63,504 bases of DNA, filler included, from Reticulomyxa filosa (GCA_000512085.1; 21 parts of 21 records of this genome joined end to end with filler, not necessarily neighbours in it); one strand, 5' to 3'; positions 23,454 through 37,255 are shown, counted from the whole stretch's first letter. Program-made: numbers and translations. The notes: generated by a model from the letters alone, not told the origin.

Positions 23454-26299
23454 GCAAAGCAATGGATGCCTACATATAACTCAACCGCTCGGAAAAGTGA
23501 ATATAGCCAATATCACAGTGATCAATGTAAACAATAATGACTACAGTGGCGTATTTGTGTCCGATGCCAATGACGACGTGAGATTATCTGACGTGCGCGT
23601 GACTTATCTGGGCGGTGTGTATAGTCCCCTGGCGTTTTACTCTTGCAAAAACCTGTATTTATCTCGAATTCATTTTGCGTTTTTGTTTTACATGGAATAT
23701 GGCATCGACATTGAAACGTGCGACAGCGTGACGATTTCGGATTTGGACTTGTCGAACTTGTTCTATGTCAATTCGACCGTATCCATTATGGACGTTGCAA
23801 AAGCGGTGACCGTGCATGGCATCCGTGTTTCGGAGTTGATAGGAGGGAGCAACGCATTGCTATTGAATTCGGTGAACGGAAGTGTATCGATCTCGAACAT
23901 GGACTTTACTATTGTGAACGCATTGTTTAATGGACTGATTACCTTGAAGAACACATATAACAGCGTTACAATCAGTCATGGGAAGATGACGAACCTCTAT
24001 TTCATCTATACCGTAATCGCGTTGGATTTGACATATGGCAACGTGCAGATTTCCAATATAACGATGTCGCAAATTCGAAACGCGTCATATTGCGGCATCC
24101 ACATTTTCAACACGGTCGGACCCATCAAAGTTTCGAATTTCAGCATTTTCGACGTGCACGGCGTCGATTTCGGAGGTATTTATAGTAGGTTTGTCAACAA
24201 CTCCATCACGGTCTCCGACATGCGCGTAACCAACATTTCCACGTTTTTCAGCGGAGCTGCTGCCCATTACTATCCAATCGCGGATATGTTTATGGACAAG
24301 ATTTTCGTGAGTGACACGACGGGTGGTGGAAGCTCGATCTGGTGCGTCTATTGTCTGTACAATTTGCATGTCACCAACTCGTTGTTCGACAATTGCGTGA
24401 ATCTGCTTGACGTTGGAGGGGCTGTTTTGTACATTGGCCAAAATATCTTTGACACGTCCGGGGTACGTTGCATGCACTCCACATTCCAAAACTGCTCCAG
24501 CTCCACAGGGGGAGCCATGTTCATCCAACATCCCCTTGGGCATTCCTACGTGTCCAACAGCACTTTCATTGGCAACGTGGCCAGCAAAGTCGGGGGTGGC
24601 ATACGAGTCGACGGTGGAATGCTTGACGTCGACTATGTCTACTTTGAAGCGAACAGCGCGGACTCGGGCGGAGGAATCGGTTACGTAAGACGGAGGAGAG
24701 GAGAGAGGGGGAAACAAAAACACGTATACAGTCACAAAATAACAAAACTATGTCATATCGAAACTTGAAAATTGAGTCTTTTTTAAATGACTATTTTTTT
24801 TTTCCCCCATTTTGATTTAATTCAATTTAATTTGATTGTTTTATTTTATTTTGTTTTGTTTTGTTGTTGGCATGCAGGTGTTACTCCATTGGTCGAACAG
24901 CCGTTGACCATTTCCAATTCACAATTTGTTAACAATTTGGCGGCCAGCGACGGCGCTGGAGTTGCCGTGATGCTGGCGTCCAATTACTCGGTCACCAACT
25001 GCTTGTTCCGTGGCAATATCGCTCGCTTATCCGGAGCTGGCTTTTTCGATGGAAATGGATATGCCACTTGCAGGGCCAATATCTCGCTTATGATTGACTC
25101 CGTTTTTGTGAATAACTCTGCTCAACAAGTTCAAATTTGTGTGTGTGTGTGTGTATTTTCTCGAAAAGTAGTGTGTCGACACTTGCCTTTTTTTATTTTG
25201 TTTTTTTGAATTAGGGAGGAGGGCTGTTCATTCGAGGATGCAATACCACAGTGACCAATACAACATTTCGAGACAACAGTGCGATTGGTCTTGGCGGAAG
25301 TCTGATGATTGACGCCGCGAGCGGCCGGACTATGCTCTCGCAGCTAGTGGTTACAAATAGCCAATCTGGTCGTCACGGTGGTGGCATTGCCATCACCGGC
25401 GGTAATGTCTTTCTCACCAATGTGACATTGATGAACAACACTGCCAGTCAGAACGGTGGAGGCTTATACGTTCGAGGTACGCAAGGATGGGTGCTCAATG
25501 TCGATTTGCAAAACGCAGTCATTGATTGGAATACAGTTATATACTGTGTCGTGTCCTTACTTGTGTATACATTTATATAAACATATACAAAAAAAAAAAA
25601 AAAAAAAAAAAAATTAAAGGCCAGCCAAGGTGGTGGTGCAAGCATTGAATCCAATGTCGACTTTTATAATTGGACAAGCAAACCAGAGGTCAAGTTCACT
25701 TACGTCAGCATCGCCCATAACAAAGGAATAACGAATGGCGGAGGGATCTCTATCCAAAATGGTGCACTTGCAACTTCACAATGCTATTTCGATTCCAATC
25801 AAGCCAAAAATGGCTCCGGAATTTCCTATCAAAGTGGATGGTATCAAGATTATCAAGTTCCATATTTTATTTTTTTTTTGTTTTGTTTTTGTCTAATCTT
25901 TTTTTTTTTATGTTTCTTCCAATCTCGAAATAAACTGACAACATATGTGTATATGTATAAATATATCCGTATATGTGTATATGTGCATATAAAAGAGTGT
26001 GTTCCGAAAAAAACGCGGCAAGCGAAATGGGCGGAGGAATTTATGCAGCAGAGACTAGCGTTGGGTTAAATGAAACTAAGTTTGCAAGGAACAGTGCCAA
26101 ATACGGTGGAGCGATCTATGCCGCAAAGTGTTTTATAAAGGAAAGCAAGAATGTCAACTTTTCTCAAAACGTGGCAAAGTTTTCAGGTGGGGCGATACAA
26201 GTCCCTTTCAATTGCAGCACGTGGTGTGTCGATTGCCACTATCAAGTCAATGAGGCACCTTCTGGTCAAGACCAATCCACTGGTCCAGCTCAAATGCGG
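23454..26299 (+). CDS. Right-handed beta-helix, Chlamydia Pmp-like repeat (GGA[I/V/L], FxxN) surface protein, internal part with at least 5 exons
   Basis: Repeated FIGNVASKVGGGI, FEANSADSGGGI, FRDNSAIGLGGSL, FARNSAKYGGAIY and FSQNVAKFSGGAI, plus V.ISN....N beta-helix coils. Confidence 0.8.
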
Positions 26300-26907
26300 G
26301 TTTGTCCCCCCCCCCCTCTCCCCTTTTACTTAAAAAAAAAAAAAAAAAAAAAAAAAAANNNNNNNNNNNNNNNNNNNNNNNNNNNNNNNNNNNNNNNNNN
26401 NNTTAATTAATTAANNNNNNNNNNNNNNNNNNNNNNNNNNNNNNNNNNNNNNNNNNNNTTGTTGTTGACATTTAAAAGAGAAATGAAAATACGGATGCAG
26501 AGTGTTGTAACTGTCATATGGAATGAGGAAAGCACATTTGTAAACTTGTGTGGAAAAAAGGACGAGATTGAAGTGGTTTAACCTTGAAACTTTTAGCAAT
26601 CAAAACAAGGCGTGGTACTCCACGTAAAGCAATTTAACGAACAGCTTTTGCCTTGCATGTGATAGATGTTGCCTGTGAACTCGATACTGACGAACAAGAT
26701 AAGAAAAGAGTCCCGCCCCCCCCCCTCTCCCTTCCAAAGGGAAGAGAGGAAAAAAAAAAAAAGAAGAGAAGAGAAAAACAGATGCGTCAGACAATGCACA
26801 AACTCAAAAACACCTTTGACTCCAAACAAAAGCACGTTCATACGCACACACACACACACAACACAATACCCAAAAAAAAAAAAAAAAAAAAAAGAAAGGG
26901 ATAAACA

Positions 26908-27733
26908 CTAGTAAGTCAAATAAGTCCAATTATTGCACGACGGACGAAAAGGATAGAGTGAAGACAAATGGGAGAACTTTTTGGCATCGACTTGAAAGCC
27001 ATCACGAAGCAAGGAGGGAGGGATGGAGTCAGGACAAAAGTTATGTTGATGTTGAACGAGAAAGAGAAGGAAAGGGAACAAACGATTCCAAGAGAGCGTG
27101 AAAGGCTTGTTCCAATCGGCCAAATTGGTATGAACCTGTTCGTCATCTTTCAAAGGGAAAAATGCATGACGATGCGGAGTGCGTTGATAGATCCATGTCA
27201 TAATAGTGCCGCTATGTCCAGCATACCCCGGTGCATGGACGGGCACAATCTCCAACACAGTGGCACGTTCGTTCATAAACACGCCATTGACCAATCCACT
27301 GCCATGAATCCCAATCAGCATATCCGTCACACTCATATGCCACAGCACTTCAATATGCGACATTTCCTCAAACACAATCTCTTGACATACCACCGTCACC
27401 GAACTAGGCAGAGACAAGTGTCGCGACAGATTGCTATTGCATTCCACCAACAATTGGTCCAAGTTTGTCCACGGCCTTCGCCAAGTATGTCGTTGCACAA
27501 ATGATAACACAAACTTATTCTTGTACTTTTCCGACAATGCCAATGGCATCCTCCCAAACTTTTCCAAATAATACGTCTTGTAAAATCGAGACAAGTCCCA
27601 CGAAAATGCACCATAGTTTTCATACGTATACAAATCCGGCAATTGCTTCAAGTCCAACGTCATGGCTTGGTTAAACCCACACCAAAACGTCTCGCGAATA
27701 CATACACAATTTGACAATGACGATGATGATGAC

Positions 27734-27767
<34 letters not shown>

Positions 27768-28059
27768 GCAAGAGTATACTCCCATTATCCATCAACTCTC
27801 TCAAATGAACAAACGGATAGTCACTAAATGGACCCAACAACAACTCGTGCATTTCTGACAATCCTATCGTGTGCAGCTGCATTATTGCAAAGCGATGCTT
27901 CTTCGATAAAAAATGGTGCAAGATCTGGTACTCGAACAACTGCGTCGCCATTCGATTCCATATCTCCCAAAACATGTGCGGATACCATGCATGCAATATC
28001 AGTAATGATTCATTTATATATCCATTGTTGCCACATTGCAAATTGGGATTATATACACT

Positions 28060-28060
<1 letters not shown>
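26908..28060 (-). CDS. Glycosyltransferase family 61 (EOGT/xylosyltransferase-like), 3' part
   Basis: HAWYPHMFWE, FVQR..RRPWTN, FEEMS....TDMLIGIHGSGLVNGVFM..VLEIVP (GT61 HG[A/S]GL.N motif). Confidence 0.85.
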
Positions 28061-28090
<30 letters not shown>

Positions 28091-28220
28091 NNNNNNNNNN
28101 NNNNNNNNNNNNNNNNNNNNNNNNNNNNNNNNNNTTAATTAATTAANNNNNNNNNNNNNNNNNNNNNNNNNNNNNNNNNNNNNNNNNNNNTTTTTATTTT
28201 CATAAATCATTCATCATTTT

Positions 28221-28508
28221 TCAAATATAATAAATACATCTCAAACCTGTTAAACTTTGCACTTGACGGATGCCTGGCACTTGCATACAAAAATCGAGGA
28301 CCCATTGACCACCTGATGAATTCTTCACTTGGGTCACATCAACTCCTTCGCTATTCTTATTTTCGTACCATGATGTAATTGCCAAGTCACAATTCCAATT
28401 ACTTCTATCCAAATATCCAATGGCTGTGTCATCATTCTTCACATCCGTTATTTGCTTGAACTGCTGCAGCTTTGATTCACGTGAATCAGACTCACAACCG
28501 TCACTCAT
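28221..28508 (-). CDS. Protein with N-terminal UBA-like domain (TDP2/p47/DCN1-type), first exon only
   Basis: KLQQFKQITD....TAIGYLDRSNWNCDLAITSWYE matches the UBA-like F..IT....A..YL...NW....A...Y pattern. Confidence 0.7.
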   Translation of the reverse strand: MSDGCESDSRESKLQQFKQITDVKNDDTAIGYLDRSNWNCDLAITSWYENKNSEGVDVTQVKNSSGGQWVLDFCMQVPGIRQVQSLTGLRCIYYI

Positions 28509-28644
28509 CTTAGCACCCTTTCAACAGGTTCATATTTTTCAGTTTAGTCCAAAGTAATACAAAGACAATCAGCGCAATACATAAAGAAAGAAAAAAACAA
28601 ACCTTTTTCAATGCTTGTTATTCCTGTTCTCTCCCCTCTTTTTG

Positions 28645-30755
28645 CTAAAGTTCTGGAAAGACTTTTTCATTATTGTGCTTGTTTTGGATGTTTTGGCAAA
28701 TATTTATACTTTTAATGATAAACATCTGGTAAATAGCACAATATTTTGAGTGTAATAATTTATGTAGAATCTGATCACATTTGTTGGAGAAAAAAAACGA
28801 AATTTTATTGTTCGTGCAAGAAATTGGAAACAAGAACCAAGCCCCAAAACATAAATTGAACAAAAATAGTAAACAAGTTACAGCCAATACACTCGGAATG
28901 AAAGCAGTAAAAGCAAGAGTAAGAAGAGAATAGGTAGAAGACATGAAACTTTGTGCACCGGAAACATTTGTCGCAGGATTTGTCGTAGGATTTTGGACCA
29001 ACGAAAAAGGCAACCAATTAGCATCACGCAGCATCGAGCCTTGAGTCCATCCCAACTAAAAGTATATATGCGCACATGTAGAACAGAGATACATTAGAAT
29101 GTTGGAAGTCACACCAAGCAGACAAAGCAGAGCAAACCTGTGTTTGAGTAAGAGTGCTTGTAAAAATGATTTTGGATTGTCAAGTGGGAACTGATAACCA
29201 TAATGTAATAGCGTGTAAATGTACGTTAATTGAAAGCAATAATCCGAAGCATACTGCCATTTGCCTGTCGCCGAGAGCATTTCTCCCCAGCTTGTTTGCT
29301 ACAAACATGCACACAGAACAAAAAGTGACGAATATGATCGCTGCAGTTTTTTAATGGTCCTCCTCTTCGTACCCTCTCTTTTTTTTTAAAAAAAAAAAGA
29401 AAGCAGTGGAGACTCCGAACTGTAAAGTTGCCCCAAAACAAAGAGCAAATTTCTTGAGCAGTGCTGTTAAGAGCAGCCAATGATGACGTGTTGGATAGCT
29501 GCAAATCGTCAATGGTAAAAGCATAATTGCTGAAAGCATAAAAGGTGATATTATCCAGATTCATTAAGGGTTGATACTCTCCCAAGATACTGCAAGACCC
29601 AGTCACACAGCGAGTATCATTACTGTACACGACACAAAACAAATCTGACGACAATTACAATTTCAATTACAAACAAATAATAATAAAAAACAAACAAACT
29701 GGAATAGTTCTCGAATATATGACGAGCAGAGTCGTGATGAGCCACTTCCTTTTTCAATGACATTGACTTGCGTCTTGGTGCTATTGACGACAGTAACAGT
29801 GTTATTGTAACCCAGTTGCAGACACGGATTCCAAAACACGCCTGACGTCTCCGACGTGGGCTTTTGTTTATCGTATGCCAATTGCTGCACCTGACTTCGC
29901 ATTCCATTCATTCCATATGTCAAAAAGGAGTGTGCGTACACACGGAATACTGAGCCGAATATGCGCAGCACGGTGCAATCCTCCAAAATGTCGCTGGAGG
30001 GCAGCGCTGCGAAAGAGATTTGTGTCGATTGTCCTCCCATGTCCAATGCTCCAAATGTCTCCACGTTCGATGTCGTGCGTGTCAGACGATTCTCCAACAA
30101 GTTCACTGACATCCATCCAAACGACGCCTCCTCTTCGCCCGACAAGATCACTGCTTGTTCGCTTGAAAATTGAAATGGATTCAATGTTTTATTCGATAAT
30201 GTAATTCGCACCCAATTCATTATACTTTTTAAACATTGTTCACACGTCGACAACAAACCATACGTATATACTTTTCCAAAAAAAATTGAACAAAATTTTT
30301 TATTTGAACTTGATACGTTGTTGTACCGGTAACGCCCTCATTCCTGCAGTTGCCTTTAGGTAGATTGGAAAGTTCGCCCAACGCATCGAGTTGTCTTGCA
30401 AACTTGTCTTCGCAAACTCGATCAACGGTTGGAAATACGATTGTATTTGACTAAGGCTGCTGCAGCACGTAGATATTCCCGGCTTTTTAGAGGTAAATGT
30501 CACTTCGGTTGGAATGCTGTTCGGTGCTGTTGAATTCTTCGAGTAACGGTCAGGCCATGTATACTGTATTTTTTCGCCACATTAGTCCCTCCATTGTGTA
30601 CATCAAAGTTATAAAAACGAGAACAACACACGATTAACTATATACAGTCCAGTATGGGTGGAACCTCCGTCCATCACAACGCCAAACTCATAATCTGAAA
30701 GTACTTCTTGCAAAGATAACCCAAAGATCAAACCAATGAAGAAGTTTTTCCACAT
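28645..30755 (-). CDS. GDA1/CD39-family nucleoside triphosphate diphosphohydrolase (apyrase), multi-exon
   Basis: Signal peptide MWKNFFIGLIFGLSL. ACR1 FGVVMDGGSTHT, ACR2 YLKATAGMR, ACR3 LSGEEEASFGWMSVN, ACR4 GALDMGGQSTQI, ACR5 WTQGSML. C-terminal hydrophobic anchor. 3' end approximate. Confidence 0.92.
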
Positions 30756-32557
30756 TTTTGAGCCAATTTGTTTCAGTGAAAACGAGGTTTTATAGTATGT
30801 TTTTCTCTCAACTCCCTTGTCGTCTTTTGAAAGAAAAAACCAAATTTAATTTAGTCTATTTTGTATGTTTTTTTTTGCGCAATGGACTTTTTTGATTATC
30901 CTTAAAAATTTTTATATTTAATAGTTTTTTTGTTTTCTATTATTTTAAAGACGATATTTTGTGTTCTGTGTGCACAGTAACAATATAAACTACATTTCAA
31001 GCACAAATTTTGTTTAAAAAATTACAATGAGAAACTGACTTCATTTCGCACACAACAACATCATTAAAGAAAAATCAACAAGTTTTTCTTGTAGGTTTTT
31101 GATATTTGTAATCAAACGATCAAGCGTTAGATTTATATTAATTTTTTCCTACGCTTTTAAAGTGGTTATCATTTGATATTTGATAGGTACAAAAAAAGAT
31201 TTCCAGTTTCAATGAATTTTCGCTGCAAAAAAACATTAATAATTCAAGTTTTCGTATTTTTCATTTCCATATTTATATTGTTTTATCAAAAGAACACGAT
31301 ACAATTGTATTGTACGTGATGAAGTACTATTCACATGAGCAATAAAACTATATAGATGATACTTCATTAAAAAAAATTAATATTAACATCATTCATTATT
31401 AACATTAACTTTGTTAAAAGTTGTATTTTTGAAGAGATTTAAGTTAGAAGTGACTAAATAATTTAACATCTGTTAAGTTTTGAAAATAAACTAGCGGTAT
31501 TTCAAACGAGGTTCGTCGAAGAAAGTTCTGCAAGTTTCGCAAAGACCAATAAAGAAGAAGAAAAAAATTTTTCAACTAGTAAAATTATTTTTTATAGTTG
31601 AATTTTTGTAATATTGTAAATGACGTGTGGGTTCACTTTTGTTAATATTTTTGGCAACGTTTTTGTTGCAATTCATTTTTGGGGCTTCGTACTATGTTCA
31701 GCATATGTGACTTTGAGATGTTGAAGTCCTTTTTAAAACTTTTAGCGTATATTGTTATAAGTTGTTTTAAAAGTACTACTGGTAACTGGAATAGTAACCC
31801 TTTTACGAGAAACGGGATGTTTGCAGGTGATGGTCGGACATTGCTTGCCTTAAGACTGTTCGAAGCATTTGAGAAACTGTCAATCTTGAGGGAAATAACA
31901 GGTTTTGTGATTTGCAGAACTACGATGATCAGGTAATACATACTGAACACCGGGCGAAACTGAACATATCGCTGATAATAAGGCTTGCGAAAGAAGGTCC
32001 GGACGGCTGAGGCAATGTGTTTTTACACTAATTGGCTATACTGCAAGCCATGTTAGGACAAAATACTAGTTATGGAATTGGATTAATAATACAATATAAT
32101 GGTAAACATGCACTTCCGAACATGTCTGCCATTAGTGAACTATCAAATGCCGGCTGCATGATAGCATTTGAAATAGATATGGAATTGAATATGATATACA
32201 TAATCATAAAAATCACGAACGAAAATCCGAATGACGTTTACACAAATGAGCAGCCACAAAACGAAAAAGCCAGATACTCCAATTAAGTCCAAAGAACTTA
32301 AATTAGCAAAATCTGTAATCAAGTTCATTTGATTGAGCACAAAGCAAAACCAAATTAAATGGAAACATATTATAGATTCTGAAAAAGGTTGTGAAATAGT
32401 TTGAAAGATTTTACCACATTCTTAAATATTATCAACTGTCTTTAGTTCATCATATATTGTTTCATTTATACTAGAGACAAATCATTGGAGGAAAAAAATA
32501 AAAATAAAATAGACAAATATTGATTGATACAAAGAAAGAAAAGAGAAATATTGTGAA

Positions 32558-32880
32558 CTTGTGCAAACACTAAAAAAGCAAGAAGGTATAAACAGATTGA
32601 AAGGAGTGATAATAGCACATTGTCATTTAGATCATTCAAGCGGATTATCATAAGTATTGGATTTATTTAAAACAAAACAAGATATTTCAGTATACAAAGA
32701 TAAAAAGCTGTTTGCGAGTGATACCAAATGATTTACACTCAAATATGTACAGCATGGAGATATCATTGTTGTCAATGATGAAATTACATTAAAGTGCATT
32801 CATATACTTGGATATACCTCAGATCATATTGCATTGTATTTCAAACAAGAAAAAGCAATTTTTTCAGGAGAAAATCAAAT
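32558..32880 (+). pseudogene. Metallo-beta-lactamase-fold (LACTB2-like) pseudogene fragment
   Basis: VIIAHCHLDHSSG* (HxHxDH motif) followed by YVQHGDIIVV..TLKCIHILGYTSDHIALYFKQEKAIFSGE. The HTPGH motif and SGD ligand are mutated and there is an in-frame stop. Confidence 0.75.
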
Positions 32881-34534
32881 TATTGAAAAAAATGTTTTAA
32901 ATAAGGTACAGAAATTATCTAATTATAAATTTATTATTATTACTACATTTCAAAAATAAAAATTATTGATCAAATAAAAAATATTCTTGTAAACTCGAGT
33001 ATATCGGTCAATGTATTGCATAATTTCGATGACGAGCAAAATATATCGAACAGGAATATAGTAGATTGTATAATAAATATTTTATATTTTGATTTGTATT
33101 AAAAAAAAAAAGAACAAATAAATTAACGTAATTGATAACAAGTTTATCAAATTCATTAATCCATCTAGATTTAATTTGTAATGTCCGAATCCAATATCGT
33201 ATGATTACTATAATTTTTTCTTATTGCTAATACTTGTCTTTTTTTGTTCACAATAATAGTTTTTTCAATATTCATTATAATTATCAGTCTTCTTATCTTC
33301 TTCAAATCCAATAAATGATTTAAATTCAGGTAGTATTTTATCATACTCATACATAAATGATTTTGGAAAATTATCATTGATAATCGCTTCAATATATAAT
33401 TATCTAAGCAACTCTTTAAGTTTCTCATTTATAATTTTTAATTTTTTTTCATTTTCAATCTTTACTAAAAAAATATAAATAATATTCATTAAATCAACAC
33501 ATGTCAAAGATAAACTCCTTTCTTAGATTGTTTCTTATAATTATTGCAAGGACAAGTTATGATAACTTTTTTTTTGGAGTCAGCTAGAGTTTTTTTACTT
33601 TCCATTTAATGAACGCTTTTCTTGAGAAAAAAATGAAACTTAGCAGTAATATTTACACAAAATAGTATTTTCAAATTTCTTGATTAAGAGAACATTTTCA
33701 ATGTGACATAATGTGTCTTTTGCAGTTTCGGTTACAGTAACCTTTTTTTTTTTGTGTAGCGATAAAATCATTACCTTATATTTCATGAGGCATTCTGCTA
33801 GTTTTCTTGCCAGAGTGCTAACTGATAATTGTATACTGCATAACGATTCAATAGCGTCCAACATGTCAAACTCGAGTTCGTCATCGTGTTGTGACGACAA
33901 GAACAAACCAACAACAATGGCAGTGGGGCAACATTGAGTGTATTTTATTGATCAAATTACAATAACTGCAGCTTCCCCGTGCATGCTAGATCCAATCGTT
34001 AAGAGCTGTAAAATAAAAGTGATTACCAGTACATTTATTGTCTTTTGGAAATAAAGTCAGGTTTATAATAAAAAAATTACAAAAAATGAGCTAATTAATA
34101 ATAAGCAATATGAACAACAAATAGCAAAGTTTGTGGATTCTGGTCGCTGAATTTAAATTAATTACAACCATAATAAAGATCAATGGCAGTTTAGTCAGCT
34201 TATATTCGATTATATATACATAGTACGTGATTGCCATTCTTCAATTTTTTATATTTATTCTTGAAATCCGAAAAATATACATTCATAAAAGTGATGACCG
34301 AATTTTGTTTAAAAAAAAGAAAGAGACCATTCGCAAATATTGGTTCGATGTGGTTCGCAGCAATATTTTGTCGGAATGGTCACTCCAAGCACCCAAATCC
34401 ATGTCACGCTAGATGTCGAAATCGAAAGTGACATTGTGCAGTTTGTCAACAATCTCTTGCAATCCACTTTCAAGTGTCGTATCTGATTTTTTGCTTTCCC
34501 AAACAAAATCTTTTACCATATTTGTTTGCAATTG

Positions 34535-34793
34535 TTACTTGATTCTCACATGACTTATTCCAAGAATGTAAACTACATATATGGCAAGCAGCAAACTTGG
34601 ATATTTGACATACTTATGCTCATATAAAGGTGTCGTCCAAGTATATCTACGTATAATTTATTATACAAGACTATCATTCGTCCAAGTCTTGAGTATGCGT
34701 TAGCATTTTGGAATGGTGCAACAGATGCATAAGAAACTATTGGAACGTATACAATGGATTGCAATGTGTCGAATTCTTGGTGTAATGAACCAG
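34535..34793 (+). mobile_element. Non-LTR retrotransposon RT C-terminal remnant
   Basis: YFDSHMTYSKNVNYIYGK...RPSISTYNLLYKTIIRPSLEYALAFWNGAT...KKLLERIQWIAMCRILG, with frameshifts. Confidence 0.8.
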
Positions 34794-34893
34794 NNNNNNN
34801 NNNNNNNNNNNNNNNNNNNNNNNNNNNNNNNNNNNNNTTAATTAATTAANNNNNNNNNNNNNNNNNNNNNNNNNNNNNNNNNNNNNNNNNNNN

Positions 34894-35893
34894 GCACATA
34901 CACATTCAGCAAGCTGGAGAACATTATATGTTCATTTGGAAGCAAACTCAAAAATCTATGAGCTGGAAGAAATTTCAAAGACATTAAATGAAATTCATTG
35001 CAAGAATCCCAACAAGAACAACGCAAATGACTGCAGCGATAACATCGATCCACAAATTCTGTTACCAAAATGTAGTATCTTTCAAAAAACATATGTGGAA
35101 GATACAAAAAGAAAACGAATTGAAGAAGTAAATGATCCAGAGATGAACCGTTATATGTTATTGAAAAATATTAACATAAGAGAATCGGAGCAAGAAATTA
35201 TTGACACTCTGGCAGAATACAAATATAGTGTTAATGAAATTCAGCGTTTCAATGGACTTCCAGTGGCAAAGGTATTAATGTCAACAGCAGAAGACGTGAG
35301 GCGAATTTTGAAAGATGATAACATTTTTATTGGATATAGAAAAGTAAAATGTGAAGTGTTCGATCTATTTCGTCGTCGACCAAGGAAATCCTTTAGGCAA
35401 TGCAGGAAATGCCAATGATTGAACCATGTTGCTAGAATGCAACAAGAAACCAATTTGTAAATATTGTGGTAGAATCAATCATACCTCTGAGCAATGCAAA
35501 TTCAAGAAATCTCCAACGAAATATCAGTGTGTATTATGCAAGGGTAATCATAGAAGCGATTCATTGATATGTCCAAAAACCCAGGACGTAAGACAAAAAC
35601 TTGGAATTGCATTCACCAGGCGCGAAACGGAGATTATTGAAAGAAAGAAACAACAAAATAACAACCAAAAGCAGCAATACAATAACACAACAATCAAAAT
35701 AAAAACAAAGCCAAATAATTCTGTACATGCGCAAGGAAAGAATGTTATCAAAGAAAAACCTAATCTAGCTCAACAACAAGTGTCTAAAAGACAAGTGGGT
35801 GCAGGAATTGGTGTTGGAAATCATTACAATAATGATAATCATAGGACAACTGCAACGAAAAGTTACAACAAACAACCACAGTCGAATATTGGT
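34894..35893 (+). mobile_element. Non-LTR retrotransposon ORF1 (gag-like: RRM-like region plus three zinc knuckles), disrupted
   Basis: QCRKCQ*LNHVA..C, ICKYCGRINHTSEQC and QCVLCKGNHRSDSLIC form three CCHC-type knuckles. In-frame TGA and a frameshift at ~35416-35435. Confidence 0.82.
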
Positions 35894-35993
35894 NNNNNNN
35901 NNNNNNNNNNNNNNNNNNNNNNNNNNNNNNNNNNNNNTTAATTAATTAANNNNNNNNNNNNNNNNNNNNNNNNNNNNNNNNNNNNNNNNNNNN

Positions 35994-36031
<38 letters not shown>

Positions 36032-36049
36032 TGTTTTTGTTTATTTTTT

Positions 36050-36268
36050 CAACAAATAAAGGAAAATAGAGAAATTGATAAAATAATTAAACGCTGGATG
36101 TATTTGTCATCAGTTAGAGAGGTGGGATGGATCAAAGAGTTTACTGTTATTATTTTTCGTTATATACTGGTATGCTATTGTATTTTGCAATATGATTTTT
36201 AAGTGTGTAATATATACATACATATACATGTATATATATGTATATACATATATATACATGTATATATG

Positions 36269-36302
<34 letters not shown>

Positions 36303-37255
36303 CATAAAACACATAGCCAACATATTTCAAATCATCTAAAGTATTTAAGAGATATCTCGGTCAGATAAAGAATGCCAAATTCTCACCAGACGGAACCAAA
36401 ATTGTTTCATCTTCATGGGACGCAACAATCAAAATATGGGACATTGAATCAGGAGATGTAATCAAAGAGTTAAAAGGACATACAGACCGTGTGAATGATG
36501 CGCAATTTTCATTTGATGGAACGACGATTGTGTCGTGCTCACATGATAATACAATTCGATTGTGGGATGTACAGTCAGGCATTGAGATCAAAACATTGGA
36601 GGGACACACAGAGGCTGTAACAAGTATAGACATTTCACCAGATGGACGTTTTATTGTGTCTGGATCAAAAGATGAAAATATCAAATTATGGTATGTACAG
36701 TCTGGACAAATATATGAAACAGTATATATCGGGAGTAGTGTACATGATGTAAAATTTTCATCAAATGGTCGAGACATTATAGTGGCATCGAATTGGGAGC
36801 TCAAAATGTTGGATCTAGCTTTAATTGAAAGAGTGTCATCGGATAATAAATCAATCGGAATTGGGACACACGATTTATTTGAAAGAGTGATCAAAACAAG
36901 GAATGAAAATACGGTAATGAAAATGCATAATTTTTGTGATAGTCGCAATTACTTTGTTGCATCTTGCCTAGAAACTGGGACAATTCAAATTTCGGATATA
37001 GCGTCAGGAACAACACAATATTTGAATACCTATCTTGCTGGAGCAAGCGATATCAAATATTTTCCAGATGGAAAGACCATCGTGGCATGTTTGACAGATC
37101 ATACCATTCGATTGTGGGATCCACGATCGGGCGAAGAAATTCAAGAACTGAAAGGACATTCTGGTCCGATTACAAGCGTAGCTGTTTCTCGAAATGGTAA
37201 TGCTATTGTGTCATGCTCTCAGGATGGAACCATTCGATTGTGGACTCCATTTTAA
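36050..37255 (+). CDS. WD40-repeat protein (exons ~36050-36169, 36317-37255; 5' end missing)
   Basis: FSPDGTKIVSSSWDATIKIWD, GH...FSFDG.TIVSCS.D.TIRLWD repeats. The upstream exon reads EIDKIIKRW....GWIKEF..IIFRY. Intron is (TA)n-rich. Confidence 0.88.

Noticed and set aside
32032-32286. Weak SPRY-like fragment (GCMIAFEIDM)
   Set aside because: Only one short motif, which is insufficient.
35416-35418. In-frame TGA suggesting stop-codon reassignment or selenocysteine
   Set aside because: It sits beside a frameshift in a decayed element. Intact genes here end in TAA, TAG or TGA and use TGG for Trp, consistent with the standard code.
34535-35893. RT fragment next to a gag-like ORF as one retroelement
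   Set aside because: They are separated by a linker and in the wrong order (RT before ORF1), so linkage is unsupported.
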